64,000 bases of DNA, from NCBI RefSeq assembly GCF_006345805.1, contig NC_043011.1, forward strand, positions 26,362,464 through 26,426,463. Reading direction: 5' to 3'. Shown here piece after piece: positions 62,640 through 64,000 of the stretch (positions are counted from its first letter, which is position 1; the number at the start of each line of letters is the position of its first letter). Below the pieces are notes generated by a model. The model did no database searches. It was not told where the DNA came from and worked only from the letters and a program-made list of their open reading frames with translations. Source of the DNA: Octopus sinensis (Eukaryota). The translations under genes were made by a program, and so were the position numbers.

Positions 62640-63345
62640 CTTACTCTATACGGAACGTAGAGTTGTATATTTAATAGAGAGCTGTAATTTCACAAATCGT
62701 TATTCTGAGTTTTTCGATTCCAATCCTGGAACGATTATGAAAGCTGGAACATAATATTTGGTGTTAATAGAAGCTTTTAGATGAAGGAAATGGTTGATTG
62801 GGGAAGAGGTGTATGTAGCAGGGTCAGATTAGAGAAGCTGGATAATGCGATGGAAGGTAACATAGAAAGATAGTATGTTATAAGAAAGGGAACGGGGTTA
62901 GTGGCGAGGCGAACAAATAGTAGAGGGAAGGTGCGGTCGGTGTCACGAGCGTGAGTGCGGACAGTTTTGGCTATACCAGAAGGTACTAGTTACACGTGAA
63001 GTAACCGAACATTGAGATTGGATCACAAAGTTACGCTTGTGGCTGCAGTGGCGGCAGAGGTGAAGGAATTGAGAGTAGTGGGTGTCACGTTTCGCGGTTG
63101 GGAGATAAAGTGTAATCGAGAGATATCTATAAACTTGATGGAAGCAGTGGAGACGGAGATGGAGGAAATTAATTCTAAAGTAAAGTGGAAGGAGTTGACA
63201 GAAGTGATGAGTTTTGAACGGTTCGAGGGTGAGAGAGGTAGTGCCGATACTATTGTCGACATAACGACCGTATAGCTCTGACTTGGAACCAGTGAACTTG
63301 GAGAGATTTTGGGCCTCAACATGAACATGGAGAAAGGAAACTGGT
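62640..63345 (-). pseudogene. Decayed Penelope-like element RT/thumb fragment
   Basis: HVEAQNLSKFTGSKSELYGRYVDNSIG (RYxDD motif), ITSVNSFH, FIDIS, YSQFLHLCRHCS, NPVPFLITYY in order across frameshifts. Confidence 0.75.
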
Positions 63346-63508
63346 CACAAGGTTGATTTTCATTACAAAGGTACAGAACATTAACATTCGTCTCCTGATC
63401 TTTTTTGTCTTACCTCATTACCACAAATGTTTGTTGCCACAGAACAAGAAACTCTGATTAAGACCAACAAGGCGTCACTCATGTACCGCCTAAAGACGGC
63501 AGAGGAAA

Positions 63509-63580
63509 CAAGAATTGTAGACTTAATAGCCACAAGAATTGTAGACTTAATAGCCACAAGATTTGTAGACTTAATAGCCA
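63509..63580. repeat. 24-bp tandem repeat x3
   Basis: CAAGA(A/T)TTGTAGACTTAATAGCCA. Confidence 0.9.
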
Positions 63581-63630
63581 AATTGAAATTAAGCTTTAAA
63601 ATGGTTCCTGCACACACACACAATTGAGAT

Positions 63631-63754
63631 ACAAGAATAATAATGGAGAAAATTACATCTTTAATTGGTGATTACACTATACATTAACGTATCTACGGGA
63701 ATATATTGTGTAATCACCAATTAAAGATGTGATTTTCTCCGTTCTTATTCTTGT
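63631..63754. repeat. Inverted repeat, 47-bp arms and 30-nt spacer
   Basis: ACAAGAATAATAATGGAG...GATTACAC versus GTGTAATC...TATTCTTGT, 3 mismatches. Confidence 0.9.
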
Positions 63755-63951
63755 TGTCTTATATTCCGAATTTCTTAAAATTCTTCATAAGCGATATTTG
63801 GATTTACTTGTCGTACATGAAGAATTACTTTGGATGTTTATTCTGCTTGCATTTATTGGGATCTGATTGCTTCGATATATAGTTAACCAAATTCGTTTAA
63901 CATTGAGTGTGCTTTGTAGATATCTCCCTGGATTTACTAATCCCTTTTACT

Positions 63952-64000
<49 letters not shown>

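Overview
Eukaryotic, AT-rich, repeat-saturated non-coding DNA, most likely from an octopus or related coleoid cephalopod (inferred from the SINE families and extreme microsatellite load; not verifiable here). No host protein-coding gene can be confidently called, and nearly all ORFs in the track are microsatellite or low-complexity artefacts. The window is a layered TE graveyard. It holds about 19 copies of one tRNA-derived SINE (A), about 11 of a second (B) and a third V-SINE-like family. It also holds several mariner/Tc1 derivatives, a Merlin (ISXO2-like) element with 21-bp TIRs and an 8-bp TSD, piggyBac and hAT remnants, and three Helitron-like elements. LINE remnants include three distinct RTE-clade lineages (one 2.7-kb copy), RLE-type and CR1/L2-like fragments, and a decayed Penelope-like RT. 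The most interesting signal is a set of short, mutually unrelated elements that end in (TA)n tracts and fold by eye into type I hammerhead ribozymes: 36260-36352 (-, intact core), 54386-54432 (+, U4A core variant) and 3777-3812/30617-30651 (dimer-type, with a repeat junction at the predicted cleavage site). Long fold-back palindromes sit in the same (TA)n contexts. Coordinates were counted by hand and are approximate to a few bases unless termini are quoted.
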